NCBI GenBank assembly: GCA_022615255.1
Contig: JAKEHC010000117.1
Coordinates: 1-33,549, forward strand
DNA: 33,549 bases
Direction of reading: 5' to 3'
Source: Candidatus Dadabacteria bacterium
Lineage (GTDB): Bacteria; Desulfobacterota_D; UBA1144; Nemesobacterales; CSP1-2
Part shown: piece by piece, positions 16,726 to 26,321 of the stretch
Layout: every line of letters starts with the position of its first letter
Position numbering within the stretch: position 1 is the stretch's first letter
Program-made: the position numbers and the translations under genes
The notes under the pieces: generated by a model
Databases searched by the model: none
The model's input: the letters and a program-made list of their open reading frames with translations, nothing else
Told to the model about the DNA's origin: nothing

Positions 16726-17739
16726 CTATTTCCCAAACGTCTCTAGAATAGCCGTCTGATACCCCTTTACCTCTTCAAAATCCACAAAATAATGAGGCGC
16801 ACTCAGGATTGGTAAGTCTAAATGTCCTCTATATTCCTTGACCTTCTTTCGGCATTCGTCTTTGTCCCCTGCTATGGCAAAGGTTTCAACCATATTGTCA
16901 CTCACGCTTTCAATCATGGATTTAATATCCCTTTTAAAAAAAGCCTCTCTGATTTTTTGAGCCTCTTTCTCAAACTCGTGCATTCTGAATGGAGGTTCAT
17001 ATGTCCGAACTGTGGCGTAAAACGCTATGGTTGCGCGTGCTGCCTGCTTAGCCTGCTTTTTATTATTTGAAACAGCACACGTAATAATTGATGAAACCTC
17101 AAAATCCTTTCGATTTCTCCCTGATCGTTCGAGCCCTATTTTTATACTTTTATTCACCACTTCCTTAATGTATCTGAGTGAACATACAACATGCCCTATG
17201 TACCCGTCTGCAACCTCTCCTGAAGCCTGAGTCATATATCTTCCAACAGCAGCAAGGTAAATAGGGATATTTGAACGGAAGGGTTTGAATGGACGATGAT
17301 AACCTCTGGTATTAATGTTGTAATAATCTCCGACGTAAGAAACAGGCTCACCTAAATGAGATTTATTCGTCATAAGCCTTATAACCTCGATACACTCTTT
17401 CATTCGAGATACAGGCTTTCCATGGATAATCCCATGCCACATCTCGTTTGTGCGCCTTGCCCCTGTTCCAAGCCCAAGAATGAGCCTTCCATTTGAAACC
17501 TCATCAAGGTCAAGTGCAGTAAGTGCTGTTATGAATGGACTTCTCACAAAAGCAAGCGCAACGGCAGTGCCTAGCTTAATCGTTTTCGTAGCCTGCGATA
17601 CAAAGGAGAGTTGTTGGAAAGACGTTCTATATAGCTCCGTAGCCCAGACCGAGTCGAGCCTTGCACCTTCAGCTCCTTTAGCTAGCTCAACCAGGTCGGA
17701 AATGTTTTCAGCATCGAGAATTATCCCAGTGCGCTCCAT
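16726..17739 (-). CDS. Luciferase-like monooxygenase (LLM) class flavin/F420-dependent oxidoreductase
   Basis: 337 aa. LLM-type TIM-barrel pattern (LDSVWATELY..., RLILGLGTGARR...). GGAGAAGGAG SD upstream of the ATG. Cofactor and substrate cannot be assigned from the sequence. Confidence 0.75.
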   Translation of the reverse strand: MERTGIILDAENISDLVELAKGAEGARLDSVWATELYRTSFQQLSFVSQATKTIKLGTAVALAFVRSPFITALTALDLDEVSNGRLILGLGTGARRTNEMWHGIIHGKPVSRMKECIEVIRLMTNKSHLGEPVSYVGDYYNINTRGYHRPFKPFRSNIPIYLAAVGRYMTQASGEVADGYIGHVVCSLRYIKEVVNKSIKIGLERSGRNRKDFEVSSIITCAVSNNKKQAKQAARATIAFYATVRTYEPPFRMHEFEKEAQKIREAFFKRDIKSMIESVSDNMVETFAIAGDKDECRKKVKEYRGHLDLPILSAPHYFVDFEEVKGYQTAILETFGK

Positions 17740-17934
17740 AAGCTCCTTCTCCTCGTATTAGTCTGCTACTAATTTACTAAATTCTTGTTGAAATTGAAAT
17801 GAATAAAAATCTATAAGCTAATATTGACTTATGCTATCAGGTAGCGTAAAAACCCGAGGGAAATTATTCCAAAAAATATATATAAATACCAATCAAAGTC
17901 TTATCGCTGGGATTTAAGAATGGAAAAGGCCAGT

Positions 17935-18480
17935 TTATTCGGTTTTCTTCTCAGGACTAGAAACGGCCTCTTCCAGACCTTCTTTAGCCTTCTCTTCTTC
18001 ACCCTCGATTAGACCGAGCTCTTCTGCAGATTCTTTTTTTAAGCTCTTAACTTGAGCCGCTCCCTTTTTACCCTTTGGCTCTTTTAGAGTAGTTTTTGGC
18101 TTCTTTTTGCGCCTGGACTCGAATGCCTCTTCAACAAGCTCTATTAAAGAGATCGGGGCGTTATCTCCCCTCCTTACACCGAGCTTAATTATCCTAGTGT
18201 AACCGCCGGGGCGCTCCTTAAACCTAGAGGCAATCTCTTCAAATAGCTTCTTTAATACCTCTTTTTCTCTAACTACCGCTTGAGCCTGTCTCCGTGCATG
18301 AAGCGTGCCGCGCTTGGCAAGGGTTATTAACTTTTCAGCGATTTTTTTTATTTCTTTAGCCCTTTTATCTGTTGTTTCAATTCTTCCGTGACGCAGGAGG
18401 TCTGTAACCATATTACGAAATAAAGCCTTTCTGTGTTTAGTCACAACGCCTAGTTTTCTTCCAATCCTTCTATGTCTCAT
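17935..18480 (-). CDS. rplQ: 50S ribosomal protein L17 with a Lys/Glu-rich C-terminal extension of about 60 aa
   Basis: [37 protein letters not shown] is the canonical L17 N-terminus. The tail is [59 protein letters not shown]. Confidence 0.95.
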   Translation of the reverse strand: MRHRRIGRKLGVVTKHRKALFRNMVTDLLRHGRIETTDKRAKEIKKIAEKLITLAKRGTLHARRQAQAVVREKEVLKKLFEEIASRFKERPGGYTRIIKLGVRRGDNAPISLIELVEEAFESRRKKKPKTTLKEPKGKKGAAQVKSLKKESAEELGLIEGEEEKAKEGLEEAVSSPEKKTE

Positions 18481-18498
18481 CTGGAAGCCTCCGGGGTA

Positions 18499-19548
18499 TT
18501 AGCTTGATACCCTTTTCTCCTTTGCTCGCTTCGTCTTTTCTACTTCAAAGATCTCCTTATTAAGATCCATGCCAAGGCCAAGACCCAGCTCTCCGAGCCT
18601 GTCTTTTATCTCCATTAGAGAACGCTTGCCGAAGTTTTCAAGATTTAAAAGCTCTTCCTCAGTTTTCTGAATCAAGTCCCCTACGTGATCTATATTTGCT
18701 TTTCTTAGGCAGTTTAAGGATCTAGCCGAAAGGTCCAGATCGTCGATTGTATTAAAAAGTACGCCCTCTGTACCGATTATCTCTTTTTTCTTCTCAACCT
18801 CGACTATAGCGTCAACCTCCTGCTCGTCGAAGTTTATAAACACCCTGAATTGCTCGCGCAGGATTTTAGCCGCATAGGCAAGGGCATCCTCCGGAACGAT
18901 TATCCCATTTGTCCAGATCTCAAGCGTCAGTCTTTCATAGTCAGTTCGTCTTCCAACCCTAGCATTTGTGACATTGTAATCAACCTTCTTTACTGGAGAG
19001 AAAAGAGCGTCTATAGGTATAACACCTATAGCTCTTTGCACATCTCCCCGCCTTTCCACCGGCTCGTAGCCGCGCCCCATTTCCACCGTCATCTTCATCT
19101 CCAGCTTTGCCCCTTCCGAGAGTGTTGCAATTTGATGAGTCGGATTCAGTATCTCAACCTGATGCCCTGTGGTAATGTCGCCCGCTTTGACATCGCATTC
19201 TCCCATAGCGCTAATAGTGAGTATCTGTGGTTCATAGGTATGAATTTTGAGCTCAATACCCTTCAGATTTAAAACGATCTCAGTAACATCCTCTTTAACA
19301 CCGGGTATGGTAGAAAATTCATGAAGCACTCCTTCTATCTTAAGTGACGTTATAGCAGGCCCTTGTATAGAGGAGAGTAATACCCTTCTTAAAGCGTTTC
19401 CAAAAGTAACTCCGTATCCACGCTCTAGGGGCTCACATATGAACTTCCCATAGACTGTACTCGAAGCCTTCTCGTCCTTTTCGAGTTTTTTCGGTCTTAT
19501 AAGATCCTGCCAGTTTCTCTGAAAATCCTTCACCTTGCCTCCCTCCAT
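18499..19548 (-). CDS. rpoA: DNA-directed RNA polymerase subunit alpha
   Basis: GNALRRVLLSSIQG motif, an N-terminal dimerisation domain and a C-terminal domain (LDLSARSLNCLRKANIDHVGDL). Confidence 0.96.
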   Translation of the reverse strand: MEGGKVKDFQRNWQDLIRPKKLEKDEKASSTVYGKFICEPLERGYGVTFGNALRRVLLSSIQGPAITSLKIEGVLHEFSTIPGVKEDVTEIVLNLKGIELKIHTYEPQILTISAMGECDVKAGDITTGHQVEILNPTHQIATLSEGAKLEMKMTVEMGRGYEPVERRGDVQRAIGVIPIDALFSPVKKVDYNVTNARVGRRTDYERLTLEIWTNGIIVPEDALAYAAKILREQFRVFINFDEQEVDAIVEVEKKKEIIGTEGVLFNTIDDLDLSARSLNCLRKANIDHVGDLIQKTEEELLNLENFGKRSLMEIKDRLGELGLGLGMDLNKEIFEVEKTKRAKEKRVSS

Positions 19549-19597
19549 TTGTTAGTTATAGGGTGCTTTAAAATTAATATTAAGATCAATTTAGCGA

Positions 19598-20230
19598 TCA
19601 AACCCTTGAATAGAATTCTACTATTAACTGCTCTTCTATAGGAAACGTAACATCCCCCCTTTGAGGAAGCCTTTTAATAATCCCCTTGTAGTTCTCTTTA
19701 TTAAGGTCAAGCCAGTCAGCTAGCCCCCTCCTCGCAAGTATTTCGAGTGACTTGTTAATTCTATCTAGTTTCTGACTCCCTTCGCTTATCTCAATAACGT
19801 CACTCAACTTAACCTGATATGATGGAATATCCAGCTTCCTTCCATTAATAAGGATATGGCCATAGCGCACTATCTCTCGTGCCTCCTTTCTAGAGCCTGC
19901 AAAACCAAGACGGTATACTACATTATCAAGCCTTCTTTCCAGCAAAGAAATAAGAAGCTCGCCAGTGATGCCTTTAACACGGGAAGCCCTTTCAAAATAC
20001 CTTCTAAACTGTCTTTCAGTAAGACCATAAACTCGTCTCACCTTCTGCTTCTCTCTAAGTCTTATCCCAAACTCAGAAAATTTGGGACGAGTCAGACCGT
20101 GCTCGCCGGGACCCTGATCAGGACGCCTCTCTACAGCACACTTTTCCGTATAGCACCTCTCCCCTTTGAGGAAAAGCTTCATTCCTTCCCTTCTGCAAAG
20201 CCTGCAAACAGCCCCTGTGTATTTTGCCAA
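19598..20230 (-). CDS. rpsD: 30S ribosomal protein S4 (zinc-ribbon form)
   Basis: (M)AKYTGAVCRLCRREGMKLFLKGERCYTEKCAVERR. TTG start at 20230, preceded by AGGAGG 10 nt upstream. Confidence 0.96.
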   Translation of the reverse strand: MAKYTGAVCRLCRREGMKLFLKGERCYTEKCAVERRPDQGPGEHGLTRPKFSEFGIRLREKQKVRRVYGLTERQFRRYFERASRVKGITGELLISLLERRLDNVVYRLGFAGSRKEAREIVRYGHILINGRKLDIPSYQVKLSDVIEISEGSQKLDRINKSLEILARRGLADWLDLNKENYKGIIKRLPQRGDVTFPIEEQLIVEFYSRV

Positions 20231-20247
20231 TTCTTTAAGACCTCCTT

Positions 20248-20303
20248 TGATTCATGATGCACGATTCACGATGGATGAAAGTTTTTATGTGCATCATGCA
20301 TGC
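20248..20303 (-). repeat. Heptad-periodic repeat element copy C2, inverted relative to C1
   Basis: The reverse complement of 20248-20277 is CATCCATCGTGAATCGTGCATCATGAATCA. It matches C1 except for one missing GTGAATC heptad. A further GCATGCATGATGCACAT stretch follows on the minus strand. Located between rpsK and rpsD, immediately upstream of the rpsD SD. Confidence 0.6.
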
Positions 20304-20308
20304 TGTAT

Positions 20309-20692
20309 CTATACCCTTCTTCTTCCAGCGGGCCTGCAGCCGTTATGAGGAATTGGGGTAACATCTCGAATCATCGTAACTCTAAGCCCAGCAGCCTGAA
20401 GAGATCTGATGGCAGGCTCCCTTCCCGGGCCCGGCCCTTTGACATAAACAGAAACGCTTTTCATTCCATGTGCCATTACTTTCCTTGCCGCATCTTCAGC
20501 AGCAATCTGAGCAGCAAACGGAGTCCCTTTTCTCGTGCCCTTAAATCCCTTTGCCCCGCTGCTCGACCATGCAATAACGTTTCCCTGATTGTCACTTATT
20601 GTAATTATTGTGTTATTGAAAGTAGCTTGAATGTGAGCTACTCCTTGATCTGCGAACTTTTTGCTCTTTTTAGCCGTCTTTTTCTTAGCCAA
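20309..20692 (-). CDS. rpsK: 30S ribosomal protein S11
   Basis: [18 protein letters not shown]...[17 protein letters not shown] start at 20692, with GGAGGTGA 3 nt upstream (6 nt between the GGAGG core and the TTG). Confidence 0.96.
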   Translation of the reverse strand: MAKKKTAKKSKKFADQGVAHIQATFNNTIITISDNQGNVIAWSSSGAKGFKGTRKGTPFAAQIAAEDAARKVMAHGMKSVSVYVKGPGPGREPAIRSLQAAGLRVTMIRDVTPIPHNGCRPAGRRRV

Positions 20693-20706
20693 CCCTCACC
20701 TCCAGT

Positions 20707-21087
20707 TTAGCCCTTAAGCTTTTTCTTTTTTGTAATCGCTGTGCCTTTAGGCCCCTTTCTCGTTCTAGCATTAGAACGGGTCCTTTGTCCACGAACAGGA
20801 AGGCCGAGTTTATGTCTCATTCCTTTATAACAGCTTATTTCAAGCAGACGCTTGATATTAGTCTGAACCTCTTTTCGTAACTCACCCTCAACCGTGTAAT
20901 CCCTTTCGATTATATCCCTAATTTTGGCAACCTCTTGTTCGCTTAAGTCCTTGGATCGCCTATTTAGGTCAACATCAGCACTTGCAAGGATTTTCCTCGA
21001 GGTCAGCCTGCCAATCCCATAAATGTACGTAAGGCCAACTTCAACCCTTTTATTCGGTGGAATATCTACACCCGCTATTCTTGGCAT
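20707..21087 (-). CDS. rpsM: 30S ribosomal protein S13
   Basis: [26 protein letters not shown]. Confidence 0.97.
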   Translation of the reverse strand: MPRIAGVDIPPNKRVEVGLTYIYGIGRLTSRKILASADVDLNRRSKDLSEQEVAKIRDIIERDYTVEGELRKEVQTNIKRLLEISCYKGMRHKLGLPVRGQRTRSNARTRKGPKGTAITKKKKLKG

Positions 21088-21098
21088 CCCATTACCTC

Positions 21099-21212
21099 CT
21101 AACCTTGTTTTTGCATATGCTTCTTGTTCTCACATATTATGCGGATGGCGCCACGTCTTTTTATTATCTTGCATTTATCACAAATTTTCTTCACCGAAGC
21201 CCTTACTTTCAA
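21099..21212 (-). CDS. rpmJ: 50S ribosomal protein L36 (zinc-binding C-x2-C-x12-C-x4-H form)
   Basis: Too short for the ORF track. Minus strand reads TTG AAA GTA AGG GCT TCG GTG AAG AAA ATT TGT GAT AAA TGC AAG..., giving (M)[36 protein letters not shown] (37 aa). TTG start with GAGGAGG 8 nt upstream. Canonical position between infA and rpsM. Confidence 0.92.
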   Translation of the reverse strand: MKVRASVKKICDKCKIIKRRGAIRIICENKKHMQKQG

Positions 21213-21254
21213 TCTAGATTCCTCCTCTTTTATCTCCTCTTTATTAAAGTATCA

Positions 21255-21476
21255 CTACTTCTTTAGTCTATATATGATTCTTCCCTTAGTCAGGTCATAT
21301 GGTGATAACTCCACCCTTACCTTATCCCCTGGGAGAATCCTGATGAAATTAGTCCTCATTTTTCCAGAAACATAAGCAAGTATCTTAGGACCACCTTCAA
21401 TCTCTACTCTAAACATTGCATTTGGAAGCGCCTCGATCACTGTACCCTCAAACTCTATTCTTTCCTCCTTCGCCAT
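21255..21476 (-). CDS. infA: Translation initiation factor IF-1
   Basis: [72 protein letters not shown]. Confidence 0.97.
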   Translation of the reverse strand: MAKEERIEFEGTVIEALPNAMFRVEIEGGPKILAYVSGKMRTNFIRILPGDKVRVELSPYDLTKGRIIYRLKK

Positions 21477-21483
21477 AACCCCC

Positions 21484-22251
21484 TCACCCTCTTAGCTCGG
21501 TCAAAATCATGGGACCATCCTCAAGAATTGCAACAGTATGCTCAAAATGGGCAGAAAGCGTACCATCTACAGTCACAGCAGTCCAGCCATCGCCTAAAAC
21601 CTTGACTTCTGGTCCTCCAACATTCACCATTGGCTCAATTGCTATTACCATTCCTGGCTTTAGTCTTATGCCCCTTCCCCAATGCCCATTTTCTGGAACA
21701 AAATTTGGCACCTGCGGCTCCTCGTGAAGCTTCCTTCCAATCCCATGCCCTACAAACGCCCTTACAACTGAAAATCCCTCCTTCTCGACACTACTCTGAA
21801 TAGCCTGAGAAATGTCGAATAGTCTTCCTGACGGTCGAGCCATTTTTATTCCCTCATACAGAGAATCCCTCGCGACTCGAAGAAGGCCATCGGCAAGCTG
21901 AGATATTTTACCAACCGGCACAGTCTTCGCTGAATCGCCGTAGAATCCATTAAGACACACACCAAAATCCAAGCTTACAATATCCCCCTCTTTCAAAATC
22001 TTATTCTTCGATGGAATTCCATGCACAACCTCTTCATTAATGGCAAAACAAACAGATGCAGGAAAACCTCGGTACCCTTTAAAAGCCGGTATGGCTCCCT
22101 TCTTTAAAGTAATATCCTCAGCAATCATATCTAGGTCCCATGTAGAAACACCAGGCTTAGCTTCCACTTGAAGTTTATCTAACACCTCGATAACGACTTC
22201 TGAAGCTCTTTTAATCTTTTCTATCTCTTCCTTGCTCTTTAAATAAACCAT
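21484..22251 (-). CDS. map: Type I methionine aminopeptidase
   Basis: 255 aa with a pita-bread fold metal-ligand pattern (...DIVSLDFGV...GDSA..., FVGHGIG, IEPM, EHTV). Confidence 0.95.
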   Translation of the reverse strand: MVYLKSKEEIEKIKRASEVVIEVLDKLQVEAKPGVSTWDLDMIAEDITLKKGAIPAFKGYRGFPASVCFAINEEVVHGIPSKNKILKEGDIVSLDFGVCLNGFYGDSAKTVPVGKISQLADGLLRVARDSLYEGIKMARPSGRLFDISQAIQSSVEKEGFSVVRAFVGHGIGRKLHEEPQVPNFVPENGHWGRGIRLKPGMVIAIEPMVNVGGPEVKVLGDGWTAVTVDGTLSAHFEHTVAILEDGPMILTELRG

Positions 22252-22902
22252 CTAACCAATACCTTTCAAAACCTTTTCGATCCTTGAAAAAACATCATCA
22301 ATTGTGCCTAACCCGTCAATCCTCTTTAAGATTCCTCCTCTTTTATAAAATTTCTTTATGGGCTCGGTCTGCCTTCGGTATACCTCAAGTCTTGTTCTTA
22401 TAACATCCTCGCTGTCGTCATCCCTTTGATAAAGCCCGCCTCCACATTTGTTACAATACCCCATATTTGTAGGGGGATCATAAATAATATGATACATCGA
22501 GCCACATTTTTCGCAAACACGCCTGCCGCTTATTCTTTTAACGATCTCTTCGTCGCTAAGCTCGATTGAGATCACGCTGTCAATCTTTTGTCCCTCCTTA
22601 CTAAGCATATTGTCAAGTGCCTCTGCTTGCTCTATTGTCCTCGGAAATCCGTCAAATAGAAACCCCTTTTTTGAATCCTTATCCGAAATCCTCTCCCTTA
22701 TTATTCCGATTATTACATTATCAGGAACCAACTCACCTTTATCCATATATGATTTTGCGAGCTTTCCAAGCTCGGTCCCTTCTTTGACAGAAGCCCTCAA
22801 AATATCCCCAGTAGAGACATGAAGAAAGTTATACTTTTGAGAGATTTTAGCCGCCTGTGTGCCCTTTCCAACACCTGGTGGTCCAAAAATTATAAATATC
22901 AT
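22252..22902 (-). CDS. adk: Adenylate kinase (zinc-lid form)
   Basis: P-loop GPPGVGKGTQ. The LID carries CEKCGSMYH...CNKCGG (4-Cys). Confidence 0.96.
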   Translation of the reverse strand: MIFIIFGPPGVGKGTQAAKISQKYNFLHVSTGDILRASVKEGTELGKLAKSYMDKGELVPDNVIIGIIRERISDKDSKKGFLFDGFPRTIEQAEALDNMLSKEGQKIDSVISIELSDEEIVKRISGRRVCEKCGSMYHIIYDPPTNMGYCNKCGGGLYQRDDDSEDVIRTRLEVYRRQTEPIKKFYKRGGILKRIDGLGTIDDVFSRIEKVLKGIG

Positions 22903-22905
22903 GAA

Positions 22906-24225
22906 TTACGCTCCATATCTTCTAGGTCCTTTCATTCCCCTTTTTCTTATGAATCCTTCATAACTATGAGTGATCAGGAAAGACTCAATCTGCTGCACGG
23001 TGTCTAGAGTCACGCCCACAACGATAAGTAGTGAAGTCCCGCCGAAGAAAAAGGGAATATTAAAAGGCGCTCCTTGAAGAATAGACGGAAGCACACACAC
23101 AGCCGCAACGTACATTGCCCCGATGAAGGTGATCCTTCCAAGAATCTTCTCAATATACTCCGCCGTCTTCCTTCCTGGTCTAATCCCAGGTATAAAGCCG
23201 CCGTTTTTTCTAAGATTGTCGGCGAGATCATCCGGGTTGTATATAACAGCTGTATAAAAGTAAGCAAAAAATATTATTAAGGCGGCATATATAACATTGT
23301 AAAAAAAACTCTCTTGTAGGAATATATCCGTGATATCCCTTAAGAATGGTATATTGACAAAACTGAGTATGGTTGCCGGAAAAATTAAAAGCGAGGAGGC
23401 GAAAATAGGGGGAATGACACCGGCTGTATTTACCTTAAGTGGAAGATGTGATGCCTGACCTCCATACACCTTTCTTCCCACTACCCGCCTTGGATATTGA
23501 ACAGGAATTTTTCTATAGGACCTCTCAACATATACTATTACGCCCACGACAAGCGCCATAAAAACTAAAAGGAGAAGTATTCCGAATACTGTAAGCTCAC
23601 CGCTTTCGACGAGTCTTACAGAGTCCCATAGACCGGCTGGCATTCCTGTAATAATAGAAGCCGCAATTATAAGAGATATACCGTTTCCTATACCCCGCTC
23701 GGAGATCTGCTCGCCTATCCACATTACGAAAAGGGTTCCAGCCGTGAGCGTGATAACAGTTGTAAATCTAAACATCCATCCTGGATCTCTAACAACGGAA
23801 GCACCTGAACCAAGTCCACCTTCGAGTGTAGTGGCGAGCATGAGTCCCTGAATAATACATATCAGCACAGTGCCATAGCGTGAGTACTGGTTGATTTTCC
23901 TCCTTCCCGCCTCGCCTTCCTTTTGCATCGCCTCAAGAGTAGGAAACGCCTTGACAAGAAGCGACATGATAATCGAAGAGGTAATGTAAGGCATTACGCC
24001 CAGTGCGAAGATGGAGGCTCTCTCAAGTGCACCGCCTGAAAACAGGTTCAGTATGTCGAAGATTGTTCCTTTTGTCTGCTCGAAAAGCTTTATAAGCTCT
24101 TCAGGGTTAATTCCAGGTGTGGGAACAAATACACCCAATCTATAAACAACAAGCATTAAGGCGGCAAAGAGAAGCCTTCTGTTAAGCTCCGGAATCTTAG
24201 GTATAGCTCCTATATTCCTACTCAT
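22906..24225 (-). CDS. secY: Preprotein translocase subunit SecY
   Basis: 439 aa, 10 TM helices, conserved segments (GVMPYITSSIIMSLL, NTAGVIPPIFASSLL). 4-nt overlap with the rplO stop. Confidence 0.97.
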   Translation of the reverse strand: MSRNIGAIPKIPELNRRLLFAALMLVVYRLGVFVPTPGINPEELIKLFEQTKGTIFDILNLFSGGALERASIFALGVMPYITSSIIMSLLVKAFPTLEAMQKEGEAGRRKINQYSRYGTVLICIIQGLMLATTLEGGLGSGASVVRDPGWMFRFTTVITLTAGTLFVMWIGEQISERGIGNGISLIIAASIITGMPAGLWDSVRLVESGELTVFGILLLLVFMALVVGVIVYVERSYRKIPVQYPRRVVGRKVYGGQASHLPLKVNTAGVIPPIFASSLLIFPATILSFVNIPFLRDITDIFLQESFFYNVIYAALIIFFAYFYTAVIYNPDDLADNLRKNGGFIPGIRPGRKTAEYIEKILGRITFIGAMYVAAVCVLPSILQGAPFNIPFFFGGTSLLIVVGVTLDTVQQIESFLITHSYEGFIRKRGMKGPRRYGA

Positions 24226-24653
24226 ATATTCTCTGCTTTTCCACCCCGATCTTCAAGCTTTCTTATAGCTTCCTTGCTAAAGCCATGCGCTTTAACAACA
24301 ATACTAATGCTGAGCTCCCCGTCCCCAAGAATCTTGACGGGATTCCTACCACTCACTAAACCACGGCTCTTAAGCCCTTCTGGAGTTATGAGTTCGCCAT
24401 CTTTAAAATTATTTAAGTCTCTAATATTAACGATGTCGTAAAAGATCTTATGAGGACTTCTGAATCCGCGCTTAGGAGACCTCATTTTGAGAGGGGTCTG
24501 CCCTCCTTCAAACCAAGGAGATACCCTTCCCCCCGAGCGCGATCTTTGTCCCTTGTGCCCCTTTCCGGATGTTTTTCCATGACATCCGGGACCTCGACCT
24601 AACCTCTTTCTACCCTTTACTGCACCCTCTGGAAAAATTATTTTATCTAACAT
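24222..24653 (-). CDS. rplO: 50S ribosomal protein L15
   Basis: RKRLGRGPGCHGKTSGKGHKGQRSRSGG. Confidence 0.96.
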   Translation of the reverse strand: MLDKIIFPEGAVKGRKRLGRGPGCHGKTSGKGHKGQRSRSGGRVSPWFEGGQTPLKMRSPKRGFRSPHKIFYDIVNIRDLNNFKDGELITPEGLKSRGLVSGRNPVKILGDGELSISIVVKAHGFSKEAIRKLEDRGGKAENI

Positions 24654-24810
24654 TTTAAATCACCCTTTTACACTTCTATAATGAGTTTAGAATTCAATAG
24701 TCGCATTAAAAATAACCTTTGCGCACCAACTATCAAAATAAAATGTAAGCCTAGAACAACCTATAGCTATTTCACCTGTCTCTTGTTTTCAAAGAGTTGC
24801 ATTAAAACTC

Positions 24811-25335
24811 TCATGTCTGATAATATTTAGGAAGATCCAGGTCTTTTGTCTCCCGCCCTCTAAGTCTAGCAACATTTTCAGGTGTTGTTAGCAAGGATAG
24901 TCCTTTAATTGTTGCTAAAACAGCATTAAGGGGGTTTGTTGACCCTAAAACCTTGGATAGAATATCCTGAATCCCTGAAAGCTCTACAACAGACCTTACC
25001 GCTCCGCCTGCAATAACCCCGGTACCAGGTGCAGCAGGTCTTAAAATAACCCGACTTGAACCATGCTCGCCAATAACCTCATGCGGAATGGTACTATCAT
25101 GCCTCGGAACCCTGATGAGATTCTTCTTTGCCTTTTCTATAGCCTTTCTTATAGCATCCGGTACCTCGTTGGATTTACCCAAAGCGGTCCCTACGATGCC
25201 ATTACTGTTTCCAATAACAACCAGTACGGTGAAATGAAACCTCTTACCGCCTTTCGTTACTTTGGCAACCCTTCTAACATGGACAATTTTTTCTTTTAAC
25301 TCAACTCCGCCAGAATCAATTCTTTCCCTTGGCAA
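24811..25335 (-). CDS. rpsE: 30S ribosomal protein S5
   Basis: [31 protein letters not shown] start at 25335, preceded by AGGAGG 5 nt upstream. Confidence 0.96.
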   Translation of the reverse strand: MPRERIDSGGVELKEKIVHVRRVAKVTKGGKRFHFTVLVVIGNSNGIVGTALGKSNEVPDAIRKAIEKAKKNLIRVPRHDSTIPHEVIGEHGSSRVILRPAAPGTGVIAGGAVRSVVELSGIQDILSKVLGSTNPLNAVLATIKGLSLLTTPENVARLRGRETKDLDLPKYYQT

Positions 25336-25391
25336 ATTTACCTCCTAAAGTTCTTTGTTTGCACCCAGTCCCCGTACCGTTCGACTTAAGG

Positions 25392-25766
25392 TTAAAGCTC
25401 AAGCCCCGCTTCTCTTAATCCCTCTGCCAGTGCCTTCACTCTGCCGTGGTAGAGATAACCAGCACGATCGAAACACACCTTCTTTATACCCTTTGACAAA
25501 GCCATCTCGCCAACATACCTGCCAACCAATTTTGCAATATCAATCTTCTTCTTTCTCTCCTCACTTATTAATTCTCTAACCTTGGGTGTGAGTGTTGACG
25601 CAGCAAGAAGCGTGGTTTCTTTTATATCATCAATTATCTCTGCATAAATATGGTTAGAAGACTTAAACACTGAAAGCCTCGGCACATTTGAAGTACCCCT
25701 TAGCTTACTTCTAATTCTTTTATGCCTTACATCCCGTCTTACCTTTCTGGTCTTTTTAATTATCAT
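25392..25766 (-). CDS. rplR: 50S ribosomal protein L18
   Basis: RHKRIRSKLRGTSNVPRLSVFKSSNHIYAEIIDD...FDRAGYLYHGRVKALAEGLREAGLEL. Confidence 0.96.
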   Translation of the reverse strand: MIIKKTRKVRRDVRHKRIRSKLRGTSNVPRLSVFKSSNHIYAEIIDDIKETTLLAASTLTPKVRELISEERKKKIDIAKLVGRYVGEMALSKGIKKVCFDRAGYLYHGRVKALAEGLREAGLEL

Positions 25767-26311
25767 TTCTTTGCGCCTGCCTTTCCCGGTTTGAGTTTCA
25801 GTGTTTCATTCGTGTACCTTATTCCTTTTCCTTTGTATGAGTCCGGGAATCTGAGTCTTTTAATCCTGGCTGCCGTTTCACCCACTAGTTCTTTATCAAT
25901 CCCCTGAATAGTCACCCTCGTTCCTCTTTCCTCGACTCTGACTGCTACCCCTTCGGGAAGAGAAAATTCAACCGGGCTTGAATAACCTAAGCTGAACTTA
26001 AGGGTATTTTTCCCTATAAGCTCCGTCTTATAGCCAACGCCTATGATATCAAGTGACTTAGAAAACCCCTCAGTAACACCAGAGATCATGCTCGCTAAAA
26101 GAGAGCGCGTGAGACCGTGAAGGGCTCTAAACCCCTTTTCGTCGTTTTTTCTCTCGACTCTGACATTAGTATCATCAACCTTTACTTCAATACCGAGTGG
26201 AGTACGCCTTAAAAGCTTCCCTTTCGGTCCTGAAATTTCTACTAACCCGTCTTTTATATTAACCTTTACCCCGCTTGGTATTCTAACCGGTCTTCTTCCT
26301 ATTCTCGACAT
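25763..26311 (-). CDS. rplF: 50S ribosomal protein L6
   Basis: Start re-called to the ATG at 26311 (MSRIGRRPVRIPSGVKV), with a GAGGAAAG SD. The track start at 26335 overlaps the rpsH 3' end. Confidence 0.95.
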   Translation of the reverse strand: MSRIGRRPVRIPSGVKVNIKDGLVEISGPKGKLLRRTPLGIEVKVDDTNVRVERKNDEKGFRALHGLTRSLLASMISGVTEGFSKSLDIIGVGYKTELIGKNTLKFSLGYSSPVEFSLPEGVAVRVEERGTRVTIQGIDKELVGETAARIKRLRFPDSYKGKGIRYTNETLKLKPGKAGAKK

Positions 26312-26321
26312 AATTCTTTCC

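Noticed and set aside
17740-17934. Possible ncRNA or terminator in the 195-nt rplQ-LLM spacer
   Set aside because: I saw only a 3-bp CCC/GGG mini-hairpin followed by a T-run, plus loose similarity to the TTGGAAT-type motifs (TTTGGAATAATTTCC). This is too weak to annotate.
24654-24810. Search for a hidden or alternative-start rpmD (L30) between rpsE and rplO
   Set aside because: All three minus-strand frames have stops every few codons (for example MQLFENKRQVK*), and no L30-like sequence is present. Reported as a finding of absence instead.
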